DNA from: Acanthaster planci
Lineage: Eukaryota
NCBI RefSeq assembly: GCF_001949145.1
Contig: NW_019091356.1
Location: 3,888,934-3,952,933, forward strand
DNA length: 64,000 nucleotides
Reading direction: 5' to 3'
The translations under genes were made by a program, and so were the position numbers. Positions 25,267 to 38,061 of this stretch are shown piece after piece (positions within the stretch are counted from its first letter, which is position 1; each line of letters begins with the position of its first letter). The notes under the pieces are model-generated. The model was not told where the DNA came from. It did no database searches and saw only the letters and a program-made list of their open reading frames with translations.

Positions 25267-26689
25267 TACAAATGCAGATTGACTTGCTCCTTTACTAAGG
25301 TGGAAGCAAGGAACTGCATCTCTGAAAAGATTGAGTCCTTTCCTTGCCTTTTTGTGAATCAATGCCTAAGATTCTGATGAGGATCCCTCATGCAATCTTG
25401 GAAACTGTTCCTCCTCGGTGATGGAGGCGAGGACTGGCATCTGTCTGAGTTGCTTCCTCTCCTTGACATTCTCATGAATCATCTCTGTAGAGTCTCATAG
25501 GGTCTTGTCCTCCATCTTCCTTCTCTCCAGGTTGAAGGAGGCGAGGGCGCTCTTCTCATCAGCATCATGGTCTGCTTTTCCTGGGGCATACCCACAGCCT
25601 TCATAGGAGGTTGTCTGGGGAAGAAATTAATCACGAAAGCAACTAAGTTGCAGCAGAAATTGAGATCCTTGTATGCTCCTTATTTTACATCTTTTATTTC
25701 ATATAAAAACTGTTAGTTCCTATTGCTTTTTATCCATGTCTGAAAACGAACTATGACAAAAGGATTCCATTGACACTGCTGACCCATTTTTTCTGAAAGC
25801 ATTTTTGATTTGTACTGTTATTAAAATATTTTTCCAGACACCCCTTTAGGGTTTAGTTTTTTGGTCATGACCCCAATTGGCCCCTCCCCCCTTTCCCGGA
25901 TTCATCCTTGCAGAAAGCCAGCAATGATATGACACACAGGACTCTTACCTGTGAGAGTTATGATGCAACCTGCCTCCTCACTTTAGAGATTTCATCGGTC
26001 AGTCCACTCGCACCATGATGCTAGCCAGCCTCAACGTTCATGTAGGCTGCCATGGCAGTACATTCACCTGGCAACGAGGCCTTCCCAAATCTAAACACAG
26101 GGAAAAATGACCAAAAAAACCAAGCAGAAAAGGTCACCTAAGGGTTTTCTGTAATAATGTTTCGCCAAATGAGCAAAACCTGTTTATTGTATGTAATAAT
26201 TTGTTTGGTATAATAAATAATATAACATTTCAACCCATCACCACATAGACTCTTATCATGGGTCGCTGTTAAATCCATAAAACCATACAATGCTGGGGAG
26301 TGCAGGGTGTAACAGGCTGGGTGGGGTCAGGGCCCAATTTCATGGGGCTTCTGAAGACAGAAGAAAAATTGTGCTACTTCAGCTGAAAAATGTGCTAACC
26401 TTGAGCGCTATTTCATGGCGGTGCTCAGGGTAGTTGTGTTAAGAGTTCCATGTGGATAGAGATTTCTGTTGTTACATCTTTAAGTTTAAGCAAATCTTTC
26501 CTCCAAGGTTAGGATGCATTTGGCTGTACTTACTGTTTATGACTTACAAGTGTGGAATAATAAAAGCTAAATCCATTGTACTTACTTCATCAATGCGTCA
26601 CGTACATGAAGGTATGCCAGCGATTCCTCAAAGACTAATTTCTCGATGATACACAAAGTCACGAACATAAATGGATTCAAATGTTAACG

Positions 26690-27800
26690 TAATTCAATTA
26701 AAATGCAATGCTAACCCCTTGCGATTTCTTTTAATTTCTGCGAAAAATGACAGAGTGAAATAATTCAGAGAAAATTTATTGAAATTTAGCCAATAATGAC
26801 AAAATGAAGATTCGAAGAAAATCAACAGCTTGACCCATTTCAATTAAAATGTAAGGCTACCCTTGCATATGAATTAAATTTTGGCAAAAAATGAGAAAAT
26901 GAGATTAGGGAAAATTGAATTTTTGTGTACTCTGAATTAAAATGCAAGACTAATCCCTTGCAAAGTTACTGAAATTCAACCGAAAATTTCAGTCCATTTG
27001 TTTAATAATTAATTTAAGTTTGGCCAAAAAAATGAAATAAAATGCAAGGCTAAGCCCTTGCAAATATTAATTAAATTTTGGCCAATAATGAGAAAAATTG
27101 AGATTTGGAGAAAATTAACAGTACAACTCATTTTATTTAAAATGCAAGGCCAACCCCTAGCAAATTTACTTTCAACAAAAAAATGACAAAATTGAGATTT
27201 GGTGAAACTCTAATTTTGACCTATTTTTAATTAAAATGCAAGGCTAACCCCATGCGATTTCTTTTAATTTCTGCAAAAAAAAGGCACACTGAAAATTCAG
27301 AGAAAATTCACACTCTGACCAATTTAAATTAAATTGTAAGGCTAACCCCTTGCAAATAAATTAACTTTGGCCAAGGCTGACAGTGAGATTTGATAAATTT
27401 AAGGCTAACTTCTTGGAAATGAATTTAATTTTGGCCTAAAAATTATGAAAAGGAAATTTGGCAAAACAAGATTTGGGTCAAATTCTGATTTGGGCCCATT
27501 CTTGTGAAATGTGAGGTTAACTCTTTGTACATTTATTTGATTTGGGCAAAAATGACGAAATGACATTTGCTTGAAATGTTGAAATGACACTTCTGTGGCT
27601 GTACAAGAAAGATCAAATTCTGAAAAATGGGAAATTTTTCCATTTTTATTGAAAATTCATTTTTTCAGGGTGAAAAGATTTTTGCAGGATTCAAATTGAT
27701 AATGAAGGTTAATCCCTTGCCACTTTCATTTTTTTCTGGAAAATAAAAAAAAATTGAAATTTGAATTCCTTGACAACAGGCTGGTGAGGCTTTAGAAAAA
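26690..27800. repeat. AT-rich degenerate tandem (satellite-like) array, roughly 95-145 bp spacing
   Basis: Core attaaaatg(c/t)aaggctaaccccttgcaaat recurs at about 26697, 26842, 26935, 27036, 27136, 27229 and 27327, with more degenerate copies to about 27720. Confidence 0.8.
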
Positions 27801-28293
27801 TAGCATCAAAATGCAAAAGGTTAACCTGAACAAATTGTCTTTTCGTTAAATTCCTTGAAAATGTTTTGGTCATTGTACATCAAACTCTTTCAGACAGTAC
27901 AAGCTCATCCTGTTAGATAGTGAAAACTGATTTATCTGTTTGAAAGAAATTTCAAGTATTTGGAACTATAAAATTTGGGGAAAATGAGTTTAAGTTCTGG
28001 AAAGCATAATATCTCCATCGCATGGTCAATCTTTGGTGTTTGAACGCAACCTTTTTGAACGGATTTATCACCAAGAAATAATAGACCCATTTTAAAAAGC
28101 AAGTTGGGTCACGTCAAACAAATCTGTTTTCCACATGTAACACCTGGATATTTTACCAGGTCAAAGTCACTGAGTTTGAATTTTTTCACACTGCTCTGGC
28201 GGCACGACTCATCCCCACACTTTCTGCTGCAGACTTACAACGGGCACCAGCCTCATAATAGGACAATATCAGACAACTTGGCAAATTGTCCAG

Positions 28294-31200
28294 CTACGTG
28301 CTGTTGCCATAGATACGAGCATAGCGGCCCAGGGCCCATATTGGAAAGATGTTGCGGTAACTTGTGTAGCTGATTGCACAGGACTTGTTGAATACACCCT
28401 TGATATTTTCCTGCGGTTGGGAAAAACAAGCAACTATTAAAATGAGACAAACATTTCCAATTTTGTCAAATCTTACAATGGGAAATGCTAACTGAATACT
28501 ACTGCATTTTCGAATGAAAGGTCAAAGGTTACTGGAAACCATGTCAAAGGTAATCATTACCTGCGCCCAATCTCCATTTGGTAGCTGTCGGTCCATAATA
28601 ACTTTGATGCCTCGATCAATGACATCACGCTCTGGAAATCTGACCGAAAAAGTTTAACATCTCTTTTTTTAAAAACTGATTGGGTAGTAAACTCTCTTTA
28701 CTGACTTTTAGGCAAACTTCTTTTTTGAAGAGCATAGCAAGGAAAGGACGAACGTGTAAAAGTTTCCTAAGCTTCCAAACTGTCCATTCTTACGGTCAAC
28801 CTCCATACTCAGCATACTTAGCACAGCAAGACCGAGGGTGCATGTTCTTGTAATGCTCTATGCTATAGCATAGATTTTCTTCAAATGAAATTTAAGGAAA
28901 AAAGTCCTACCTGACTGCCATGAGAGCTAGGACCGCCCAAGCCGTGTTGACGACCTGTGATGTCTTGCTTTGGACGTACCGCCTCTCTTCGCAGGATTCA
29001 AACTCCTCCCCCCATCCGCCATCTTCCATCTGCTTGGATTTGAGGAACATGCACGCCCTCCTGATCTGCATGGTCACCGCCCTAGAGAAGGGTCAAAACT
29101 TTTCGTTTTTCGTGTCAACAAAGATGGACAATTAGTGAATAATGGCTGAATAGTTGAGATTGGCGCCCTTACCCTGTTTCATAGCTGTATCCCATGCAGG
29201 CAAAGGCTTCCAGACCAAACCAGCCGGCGTAGGTAAAGCACACACCCCACGACCTGGTTGGAAGGAAACTAAATGTCCAGTAAACTTACAAAAGACTTTC
29301 CTCAATAATCAATGCATCGTGTACATGTTTCAATTTGGCTCGGGTTTCCAGAAATACAGAAAAGTGAAAAACTCTCTTGATTGAGACCTGTCTGGTTCTT
29401 CCAAGAAGTCTAAGGATAATTTTTTTCAGAGCAAACTGACGCACCCTTCCCAGGATCCATCAATCCTTTGCTTCATGGCAATGTACTTCAAGCCCTTGTC
29501 CAACGTGGATCTGATGTCCTCCTTGCGATAGTCAGGATACAGGGTGTTGAATTTCTTCAAGGTTTGCATGACAGCTGAGGTCAACTCCACGTAGGTGTAG
29601 TCAATCATGATATCACCTGCATGAACAAAAGAATTTTTCAAACCTCTAAAACTATTTTGCTGGTTCAGTTCTGCACTGATGTAATGTATGGCACATCTTT
29701 TTCCATACATTCTCAGAGCAAGTGAAAAAAGATTCACCTGCTAACTTAAATGGGTCTTGCTTTCTAGTGCAGATGTCTGATTGGCCAAGCTTGTTTGGGT
29801 GGAGCTGCAGGTACCAGAACTTCAACTGCAAATATGCGAAAAATGACTGAAAATTGATGTTTCAAAAAGGTTCTGGTGAAGAAACTTGAGGGAGAAATTC
29901 ATAATTTGGACTGTAACAGCAGTTTTCTTTTGACTCCTCAGAAAGTCAGAATCTTGCCATTTGTGAAAAAGGCATTACCAAACACTTCAGATGGATTAAG
30001 TTTTTCAAGGATCACTCCCCCTCGCATGGTCTCGTAGGTCGCAAATCCTCCATCTTTGTTACGCATATTCAGAATCTGAAAATAATCACACAGGATCAAA
30101 ATCAATTAGCAAGAACAAAACGGCGTGTCAAATCCGTACCTTTATGAGATCCTCAGTACACAAAAATGACAGATTAAACATCTTCTGTTCCTGAGCAGGA
30201 TATTTTACCACAATGGCGGTGAGATATCTTACCACATCCACAGCTTGACAGTGCCTCTCCTTCTCTATATGGTCTCTGACAGAGGGGCACATTGTCTCCA
30301 GCATCAATGCTGCCTTGAGACCTTCCGCCGTACAGTCAGCTACAATCCAGCCACAGTCACGGGTACTGAATGGATAGCCCCCCTGGAAAGAGAATGGCAG
30401 TTCAGTTTCTGTTGTCACAAGTGACACCAGAGTTCACTGCTGTGAGCAGAAATGTTATGAGTACTGAAGGATATTTGAGACCCATTAACCAGAGCTTCCA
30501 ACACTGAAAAGCCAGAAAGTCTTCATCACCTAACCCTTGACCTTTTAAAGCTGAACTTATCAAGTTCAATCAATCCATACTAGCCAGAAGGCACAATAAA
30601 GAATGGAACAAAATTCCATCCTACTTTTCCTGGGTTCGCTGCGTTTAACCATGACTAAAATCAATTAGAACTCATAGGGCACCATACAACAAAAGAGGAA
30701 ACCCTGTGTTATGATTTTTTTTTTCGTACAGCAAGAGGTAGCATATTCCTGGAGGGACTGACCTTGTTCATTTGACGATAGTACTTTTGATAGTTGGGTG
30801 GATTGTCAGGGATCTGTGTAAGCTTCAGGAAGTCATGGGTGTGCTGCAGGCAATCATGTAGCTCCTTGTTCTTTGCTGCTCCAGCTTCCAAGAAGGCCTG
30901 GGCAGCGAAAGCCGTGTCCCAGAGCTGTGACCCATTGGTTCCCTGCAGCCAAGCCAACAACAGACAGCCGTCAAGGAAGTACACAAAATAATCATCACTC
31001 TGGCTCAAAAGCTGGCGAGTTAAACCAGAACATGGGAACTTCCACTTGAAATTAAAAAGTTCTGGAACCTTCTGCTAACTTGACTTAAGAAAATGACTGT
31101 TTTTATTGGAATTTTCATCGGAATGTAAGTTGGTATCCTGCAGAAATGTTTGGCAATGTATGAGCATGCACTGAGAAAACAGAACGTTCGTTTGAGAAAA

Positions 31201-34200
31201 AAAAGTTTGACAGAGGGAAACATTCCACATTGAGGACTTGTTCTTTAGTTTTAGGTCGACAACAGGAAAGACTTCAGAATCAACAAAGCCTCATGGGCCT
31301 CTTTCACATTTGAAGAAAACTACAACTAAAAATTTATAAGAGGTTAGATTTTTGTTCAAAGAAAATGATAAACAAAATTACCTGCATTTTCATGCCATCT
31401 AAACCAATCCTGAAATGAAAAAACAAAACAAAATATTTAATCATAACAGCCCTTTTTGTTAAAAAGGAAAACTTTCGAAACCAATTACAACTCACCAAGA
31501 ATCATTCCATAAACCAAATTCCATTCCAAAACAAGACAAAACTATTCCAAATTGAAGCAGTTGCGTAGTTCCAAAATAATTTAGTGTTACATTTTAACAA
31601 TGTTGTCAATAGCCAGCATGTGACCTTAGATTAGCAAGTAGACACCTACATAGACAAACTGACAAACAAACTGTACCAGAGGTAATCTGGGATACGTTCC
31701 ACGTGTTGTTTAAAGACCTGAGAGTCAGGTCCATCCGTCAACCATCTCACCAACATGTTGATGACTTTAGAAATCTGTGAACGAAATCAACCAATCAACT
31801 AAATAGCTCACAGCAACTTTCTGTAGAACCTACAAACACAAAAGATGTTGTACACATGCCCCTAGACCATCTGTTGTGCTCAAGATGAAACATTACTACC
31901 CTCGATCTCAAGGCCTATAAATCACTTTGAAAAACTTCTTTTTTATTGTTCCAGCTTTTCGAGAGAGAAAAAGCAAATCAGAAGACACAAACTGGATATA
32001 AGATAATTGGACTATCAACATTATGACATTACTATGCGTGTTCTTCAGGCCCTGATGAGGTTGATCATCTGAAATATTTTGCAAGAAAGCAATTAGCCAA
32101 CTCTGCCCTCCCAAAAACTCCTGAAATGGGAGGAGCCTCTTGAGATAATGTGCCTTGCCCAAGGACACTCATACAGCAAGTCCAACAGAATTAATTCATT
32201 GTCTTATATTTGACACATTACACCGCTAAGCTGAAATGCTCAACCTTACAACCATCACGGGTTGCTCCTTTTTCAAATCGTAACCAACTTGTGGCAAACT
32301 GTCCTGCTTCTGGACATACACACTATCAAACGGTTACACACTTACAGGCCCAATGCTAATGCACTTGGTGAACTGATCATCAGCTCGAATGTGATCAAGG
32401 CACTCATCAAGAGCCATCTGGCGAAAGTAAGTGGAATGATACGGCTCGTAGACGTCAAGGAAACCTGTCATGACAAATATCACATGGAATTCTTTAAAAC
32501 GCTCAACAGGTATTTGTTCTCTTGTTACAAACAAGCAAAGCAAAGGTAGAGGTTAGTAGAGACCACTTACCAAAAGCTAGATTGTAGAGCCAGCTGTGGG
32601 GTGTGTAGAGATCTATCTTAGCGATGTTGTCCCTCTGTGCAGGCCAATTGATGGTATTGTAATCTTGTATGTAGAGTTCCTGAAAGGGAAATGAGAGGAA
32701 ATGTAGAAATCAGAACAAAAAAGAGGAAAATGTTCAGAGGGAAAACCACTTCCCTCATCCCAAGGGAAATCGCCAACTTTTACACAATAAACAGAAGTGT
32801 TGACCACAAAAACAGAACAACTAGCGATGGATGAATGATGGGGGTTGGTGGTTTGAATCCCACCTGAGCTTGTCTTGGTGTTTATTCCTTAACTTCCATA
32901 GTTCCCCGATCACATCATTTTCTTTGGCCTCATGCATAATCCCAGAGCAGTAGCTCAAGGAAGGGTGCAGTTATAGAGCATTCTATGACTGGTGGTTCGA
33001 ATCCCACCTAAGCTTGGTAAGGACATTTTGTTTACGTTTCCCTCTGCTAAAATTAGATTAATCCTTTTTAGCCAGATTTCAATACCACAGCAATAGTTAA
33101 CAGGAGGAGAGCACATAATATAGTGACTGGTGGTTCGAATCCCACCTGAATACGTCATGGCTATTTCTGCTCACCTTTCGCAGTTCTCTGATCAAATCAT
33201 CTTCCTCAGCTTGATACTTGACCCCGTAACAGTAGCTCATGGGTAGGTAGACTTGCCGACAATGGCACCAGATGGTGGATGGATGGGCTGGAATCCACGT
33301 CGGAAACAGCCTTAATTCAGAACAAAAACAATTTGTTTCATTTTCAAAATTCTCGGCTAATTATTATTGTCATTACTACTTTTGAGGATTTTCATTTTTC
33401 AAGCCATTTGCTAGTTAGTTTCAAGTTCTTTCACCCACATTTTTCATTACTTTGCATTTGTGTTTCAACCTGTGTTAACCATTTTATGAAGCTTTAGTCA
33501 TCGTTCTGAAGGAGGTTAAGGTGCCATGGGTTTAGGAGTATGATGGACGAGCCTATTGTTACTCTGAAAAAACTAAAACAGCAATGGGACCCTAATGACC
33601 CCCCCCCACTCCAAAAAGACCACTTTGATGACTTGCCAAAGTTCCGGAAAGAGAGTGTGCATTCCCTCCCAGCTATAGACATTAAGGACTGACAGCCAGA
33701 ACTTGCCCCAAGATGGAATGGCAGCGGCTCCTCCTATAGACAACATACAGCACAGCTTGAATTAGTATTTGAGGCTATGGCTACGACTTTTGCTACTGAG
33801 TTGCTTGTGACATTGTGGCTTACATGCTCAGTTTGATAAGGCCAAAGACGCTGTTATAGTCTAAGGCAAATAAAGAAACAAACAGGGACAGTGTTACAAA
33901 ATGCTGTGAACTGATATTTTGGAAAACAGGAAGATGGTGTAAAGTTACCAGTTTTCTCACACAAAATGTCAAATCTTTCAACACAACAGCAAAAGTAATG
34001 TTATAGCCTTGTAATTATTTCATGATAACGCCAATTTCCTTCTGTTCTATGGGTTGATTTTAACCAATAAATGCACTCGAAATTTTATAATAATTTCTCA
34101 ATTTTTGTTCATGCTTTCACATATATACCGATTTACATAAATGCAATCCCATCCCGATGAAAACTGGTCTTTATTTTGCTGGTACCTAATGAATGAAGTA

Positions 34201-37200
34201 ACTTCCGGCATTTGACCAGATCTGGGTCATCAGCAGACACACCGAGCAATCTCATGGCCACGTAGTTAGTGGCACAACCAAAGACTGTAGCTGGGCCTTC
34301 GATATGTCTGGCAAAAAATGTACATCAACGTCAATTTATTTGCCGGTATTCTGCAACGTTAACAAAGAATTTTGCCAAGAGAAAATGAAAACTGTAAAGA
34401 TAAAGAATAAAATACCCTAAAAACTGCAACAGATTTAATCAGTTTGAAAATACAGAGCTTCTGGCGCATAAAATGTTGTGGGACGAATACCCAACCCAAA
34501 AAGTTTTCAAAAAAGCAACATAACTAATCAAACATACATGTACACTGCACAAACACTTGGGATGTCTGTCCCATGCACACTAGTGAGTAGGATCTACAAA
34601 CAGTTCATGCAACACCCGGTTTGAACAGAGTTCATGCAATAAAAGTTGACAGTTGACTCTCTTTGGATGAATTCAACAAAACATGCTGGTAGTGGAAATA
34701 AAAAAAGCGACGATTAAACATTCGCTACTCCGGAAAATGCAAGACGGAACGCAGTAAAAAGAAAGGATTATTTGCTGGTACGAATATGGACACTGCATTT
34801 GAGTTTTTTTGACATTTTGGTTTGTGTGCTTGTTTCGTCTCGCGCTTGGCTTAAGGATGCATTGATTGAATTCAGACTTACAATCCCCATCCACCATCCG
34901 GGCATTGTACGGAGCGCAGGTACCGGACCATCTCTTTCTTGACTGCATCCTGTAACTCTGTCTTGGTAATGTAGCACACAATCAGGAGTCCTGTCAAGAT
35001 CAGGGCAGAAAATGTGTTGAAAGTTTTAAAGGTGTAAGATGACAACTGGAAAGTCAGAAAAAGGAAGGAAATTGGAGCTTCAAGAGACTTTGTACAGTGC
35101 TTTTTTTTTCTATTTCTTATGGGGTACATGAGGAGTGGAAACAAGGAAAATTACATGATCTAGGGAAAAAGTTGCACGCTTGGAATTCGGACTAACAATG
35201 AACCCCTTGCTAAAGTGAACCAGGATATAAGAAAGAAGATCTCTCTAGCTTATTTTAGGGGAGGGTCAAAGGTCACAGGTCACCTGGCATGAGGAAGAGA
35301 GGGCCACCATAGTCTCCACTCCAGTGGCCATCCTCTGTCTGAAGCTTGGAGTAGAAAAGCATCCCGTTTGTTGCTACCTCTTGGGGCGTGGTAGGCTTAG
35401 GGAGGGGTGGAGCCTCTTTGCTCTGAAAGGCGAAAGTGGTTTAGGGTGGAATATGAGCCTAGCTTGTCTCTTAAATTAAAGAAATTGTTTTTAACATTTC
35501 ATTTTATGGTTTGACTCAAATAAGAGTAACATGTCTTTTCAGATTTGACCTTTCAGATTAAGAAGTCAGAACAAGCTTAAGAATATAACTTTCCAATGAT
35601 TTTCTAAAAAATTTTGTTTCATTTTTACAAATACCCTTCAGCCATGTTATGATAAGTTCCTCTCACAAGAACTCAGAAACAATCTCCCTACATGGAAATT
35701 AACATGTGGATAGTGTACAATGCGTGAGGTGGCACACAGCCAGCCAACTACAGCACAGCTTTATCAACTATTTAAAACTGGTCATGTGACATGCTCCTGA
35801 CTATATAGGAATGGCTTAATTGTTTAAGGAATTAATGAAATAAGAATACAACTTTAGTGTCAAAGACTCCTTGGGTTAAATTTTTTAATGAAAATCTCCA
35901 GCAGGTAGTTTTTATGCAACCAACAAAATCCACCTAAAAAGGCCCCAGCTGAAAATGACACAAATTTAACAATCTAGCATCTGTCTTAACTCTGTTGGAA
36001 TCAAATCAGCACTGAAATAAATAAATTTCAAATTTATTTTGATGTTAAAAATCATTGTTGGAAATAAATTGGATCAGTTTACACAAGTTCAAGCAGCTTG
36101 ACATAAAGTAATTTCCAGATACTGGAATGTCAGAAAACCCAAAATAGATTGTTCTATAAATAGTTGACCCACGTTGCCACCTTCCTCTCTACAAACAATA
36201 GATGGTCTCTTGGTAATATCAGTAACTATCAGTGCACACAGTATCAAAATAACCAACGACAATGGCAAGAGATAAATTATTGGATTATTTTTAGAAATTA
36301 TTCTCTGGGGATATAAATAGGTTCTTCTGCTGATCTGGGTGAAGAATATCTTTCTGAAGAAATGTAGCTCATATAAGATCCAAACTTGTTAAACTATGTC
36401 AAAAATCAAACTGCAGGGCTTGGTTTTGAAATGCTTCAAGTGCATTTTAGTTCAAAGAGTTCTTATTTTCCTTATTGATGGTCAATAAGCACACAATGAC
36501 CATTAGCAAAGTTTTGAAAATGTCCACCTTTTAATAATCACTGTTCACATGCCAAACTGCCAATCAAGATGGTTTAATCAAATTTAATTCATCTTTAAGC
36601 CACTTTTTACATGAAAAACAACAATTTGAGTGAAAAAAATTATAATTCTACAGAAGCCCATTAGTGCCAATTTTAACTTGGCAGAAATATATTTTATTGT
36701 GAAATAACACAATAAGTTTGCAAAATAACGCACCAGTATGGCAAAATAACCCAATAATTTTTACGAAGTAATCCATTAATGCAAAACAACACGGCAGTTT
36801 TGGTGATGTTATGAATGTTGCGCCCTCTTGTGCTTTGCCTCACTGCGCACGCAACGCACGCTAAGGTCACATGTCATACTTCCATTCTGGGTGCTTTCGT
36901 GCAGTTCCTCCTGTTAACAGGAGTACGATGCGTGCGCATTAAACTTGGGTCCAGGAACACATCCTCCCTCTAGTGAGAGTATACTCTCGCTGACCTGTGG
37001 GTCATACTCCAGCCATTCCAGCGCTCAGGAGTATACTCCTGTTAACATGAGTGACTGGTCCAGTCACTCAACCATTGTAGCTTTCTGAGATTACTCATTT
37101 GAATCTGATGTTTCAGGTCAGGTTGCAGCATANNNNNNNNNNNNNNNNNNNNNNNNNNNNNNNNNNNNNNNNNNNNNNNNNNNNNNNNNNNNNNNNNNNN

Positions 37201-38061
37201 NNNNNNNNNNNNNNNNNNNNNNNNNNNNNNNNNNNNNNNNNNNNNNNNNNNNNNNNNNNNNNNNNNNNNNNNNNNNNNNNNNNNNNNNNNNNNNNNNNNN
37301 NNNNNNNNNNNNNNNNNNNNNNNNNNNNNNNNNNNNNNNNNNNNNNNNNNNNNNNNNNNNNNNNNNNNNNNNNNNNNNNNNNNNNNNNNNNNNNNNNNNN
37401 NNNNNNNNNNNNNNNNNNNNNNNNNNNNNNNNNNNNNNNNNNNNNNNNNNNNNNNNNNNNNNNNNNNNNNNNNNNNNNNNNNNNNNNNNNNNNNNNNNNN
37501 NNNNNNNNNNNNNNNNNNNNNNNNNNNNNNNNNNNNNNNNNNNNNNNNNNNNNNNNNNNNNNNNNNNNNNNNNNNNNNNNNNNNNNNNNNNNNNNNNNNN
37601 NNNNNNNNNNNNNNNNNNNNNNNNNNNNNNNNNNNNNNNNNNNNNNNNNNNNNNNNNNNNNNNNNNNNNNNNNNNNNNNNNNNNNNNNNNNNNNNNNNNN
37701 NNNNNNNNNNNNNNNNNNNNNNNNNNNNNNNNNNNNNNNNNNNNNNNNNNNNNNNNNNNNNNNNNNNNNNNNNNNNNNNNNNNNNNTGTCAAATATTAAA
37801 ACCAAAAGCAAGAATTAAGTCAAACCTGACATGACAGCAAGATATTGACAGCAAAAGAAGCAACTAGTGAACTTTTTTATTACTCACAATATCCAGTCCT
37901 AAGCTGAACTTTTCCACAAAGTTCTGCTCTCTTTCGATGGGTTGGCCTTCCTCGATGTACCTCCAGCATTGTCGGCCATCGACGTTTGACAGACGCCATC
38001 TCGTTAGGTCAGTGACTGGCTGTGTCTTGTGTGGGCCTCCTCTGTTGCGTCGACTACTCAT
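28294..38061 (-). CDS. LSS: Lanosterol synthase (2,3-oxidosqualene cyclase), 725 aa, 18 coding exons
   Basis: Exons (minus): 38061-37888, 35422-35284, 34990-34882, 34307-34186, 33733-33637 (GC donor), 33310-33175, 32679-32571, 32464-32346, 31774-31677, 31409-31382, 30942-30763, 30382-30233, 30075-29979, 29616-29445, 29253-29173, 29081-28911, 28639-28561, 28410-28294; total 2178 nt, open frame. Motifs: [26 protein letters not shown] repeats ([36 protein letters not shown]), [14 protein letters not shown], catalytic [14 protein letters not shown]. Lanosterol-type residues T381/C449/V453 (human numbering) are present. Confidence 0.97.
32840..33150 (+). repeat. Three degenerate tRNA/SINE-head fragments in an LSS intron
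   Basis: B-box-like ggtggtt(t/c)gaatcccacct(g/a)a occurs three times (about 32847, 32990, 33129). The middle copy has an upstream A-box-like cagtagctcaag. Confidence 0.55.

Noticed and set aside
26690..27800. CRISPR-like repeat-spacer array
   Set aside because: The context is eukaryotic, the repeats are degenerate, the intervening sequences resemble each other, and there are no cas genes.
30233..30942. Possibility that the cyclase is a cycloartenol, parkeol or other divergent OSC
   Set aside because: Diagnostic positions (T381, F444, C449, V453, human numbering) are all lanosterol-type.
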